The translations under genes and the position numbers were made by a program. From an uncultured Candidatus Saccharibacteria bacterium (GTDB lineage Bacteria; Patescibacteriota; Minisyncoccia; UBA6257; 2-01-FULL-56-20), in the NCBI GenBank assembly GCA_964456235.1, contig CAYWDX010000002.1:142061-206060 (forward strand): a stretch of 64,000 nucleotides of DNA, given 5' to 3'. Under the pieces are notes generated by a model. The model made no database searches. It saw only the letters and a list, made by a program, of their open reading frames with translations, and had not been told where the DNA came from. Position 1 is the stretch's first letter. Every line of letters begins with the position of its first letter. Shown piece by piece: positions 63,925-64,000 of the stretch.

Positions 63925-64000
63925 ATGGAGCCAATGTCCCGTATCCTCACGGTCCACGATCTTTCCGTCTCATTCGATGGGGACGTGGCCCTCAAAAATC
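63925..64000 (+). CDS. ABC transporter ATP-binding protein, N-terminal fragment (runs off window end)
   Basis: MEPMSRILTVHDLSVSFDGDVALKN...: typical ABC ATPase start (I..V..LS.SF...AL). Confidence 0.45.
   Translation, partial: MEPMSRILTVHDLSVSFDGDVALKN

Overview
This 64 kb window looks like a high-GC (~60%) streamlined bacterial chromosome segment with several Candidate Phyla Radiation (CPR)/Patescibacteria-like traits: short ValRS and AlaRS, RpoA without an αCTD, a DUF5671-type membrane protein, and many signal-peptide proteins with Pro/Thr-rich linkers. Coding density is high on both strands, and hairpin-plus-T-run intrinsic terminators are frequent, often bidirectional between convergent genes.

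Gene content, in order:
- Pentose-phosphate/glycolysis cluster (minus strand): split transketolase, with the N-terminal half fused in one ORF to ribulose-phosphate 3-epimerase; rpiB; GAPDH; a PfkB-kinase fragment at the window edge.
- Secreted/surface proteins with lamin-tail, FN3/Ig-like, DUF11, CAP, PEGA and Met/His-rich repeat domains.
- A tRNA gene interrupted in its anticodon loop by a ~250-nt group I intron (Azoarcus-like core motifs), followed by a low-GC island.
- Two-component system: CheY-like receiver, OmpR-type regulator, histidine kinase.
- tsaD, HAD hydrolase, valS, PrsW-like protease, Hsp20, rpmB, tRNA-Pro(GGG), pterin-4a-carbinolamine dehydratase, class II (B12) ribonucleotide reductase, ICMT-type methyltransferase, RibD_C-like reductase.
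- Ribosomal/transcription block: rpsI, rplM, rplQ, rpoA, rpsD, rpsK, rpsM, rpmJ, infA, then alaS, rpoD, dnaG.
- A complete cyoABCDE quinol oxidase / heme O synthase operon.
- A giant DUF11-repeat surface protein with poly-glycine tracts, and a partial ABC ATPase at the 3' edge.

The most notable features are the intron-containing tRNA, the rpe–tktN fusion, the cyo operon in a reduced-genome context, an inverted-repeat structured RNA in the alaS leader, the αCTD-less RpoA, and compositional islands. No CRISPR array, transposase or reverse transcriptase was seen. All coordinates and calls are from manual reading and are approximate where noted.
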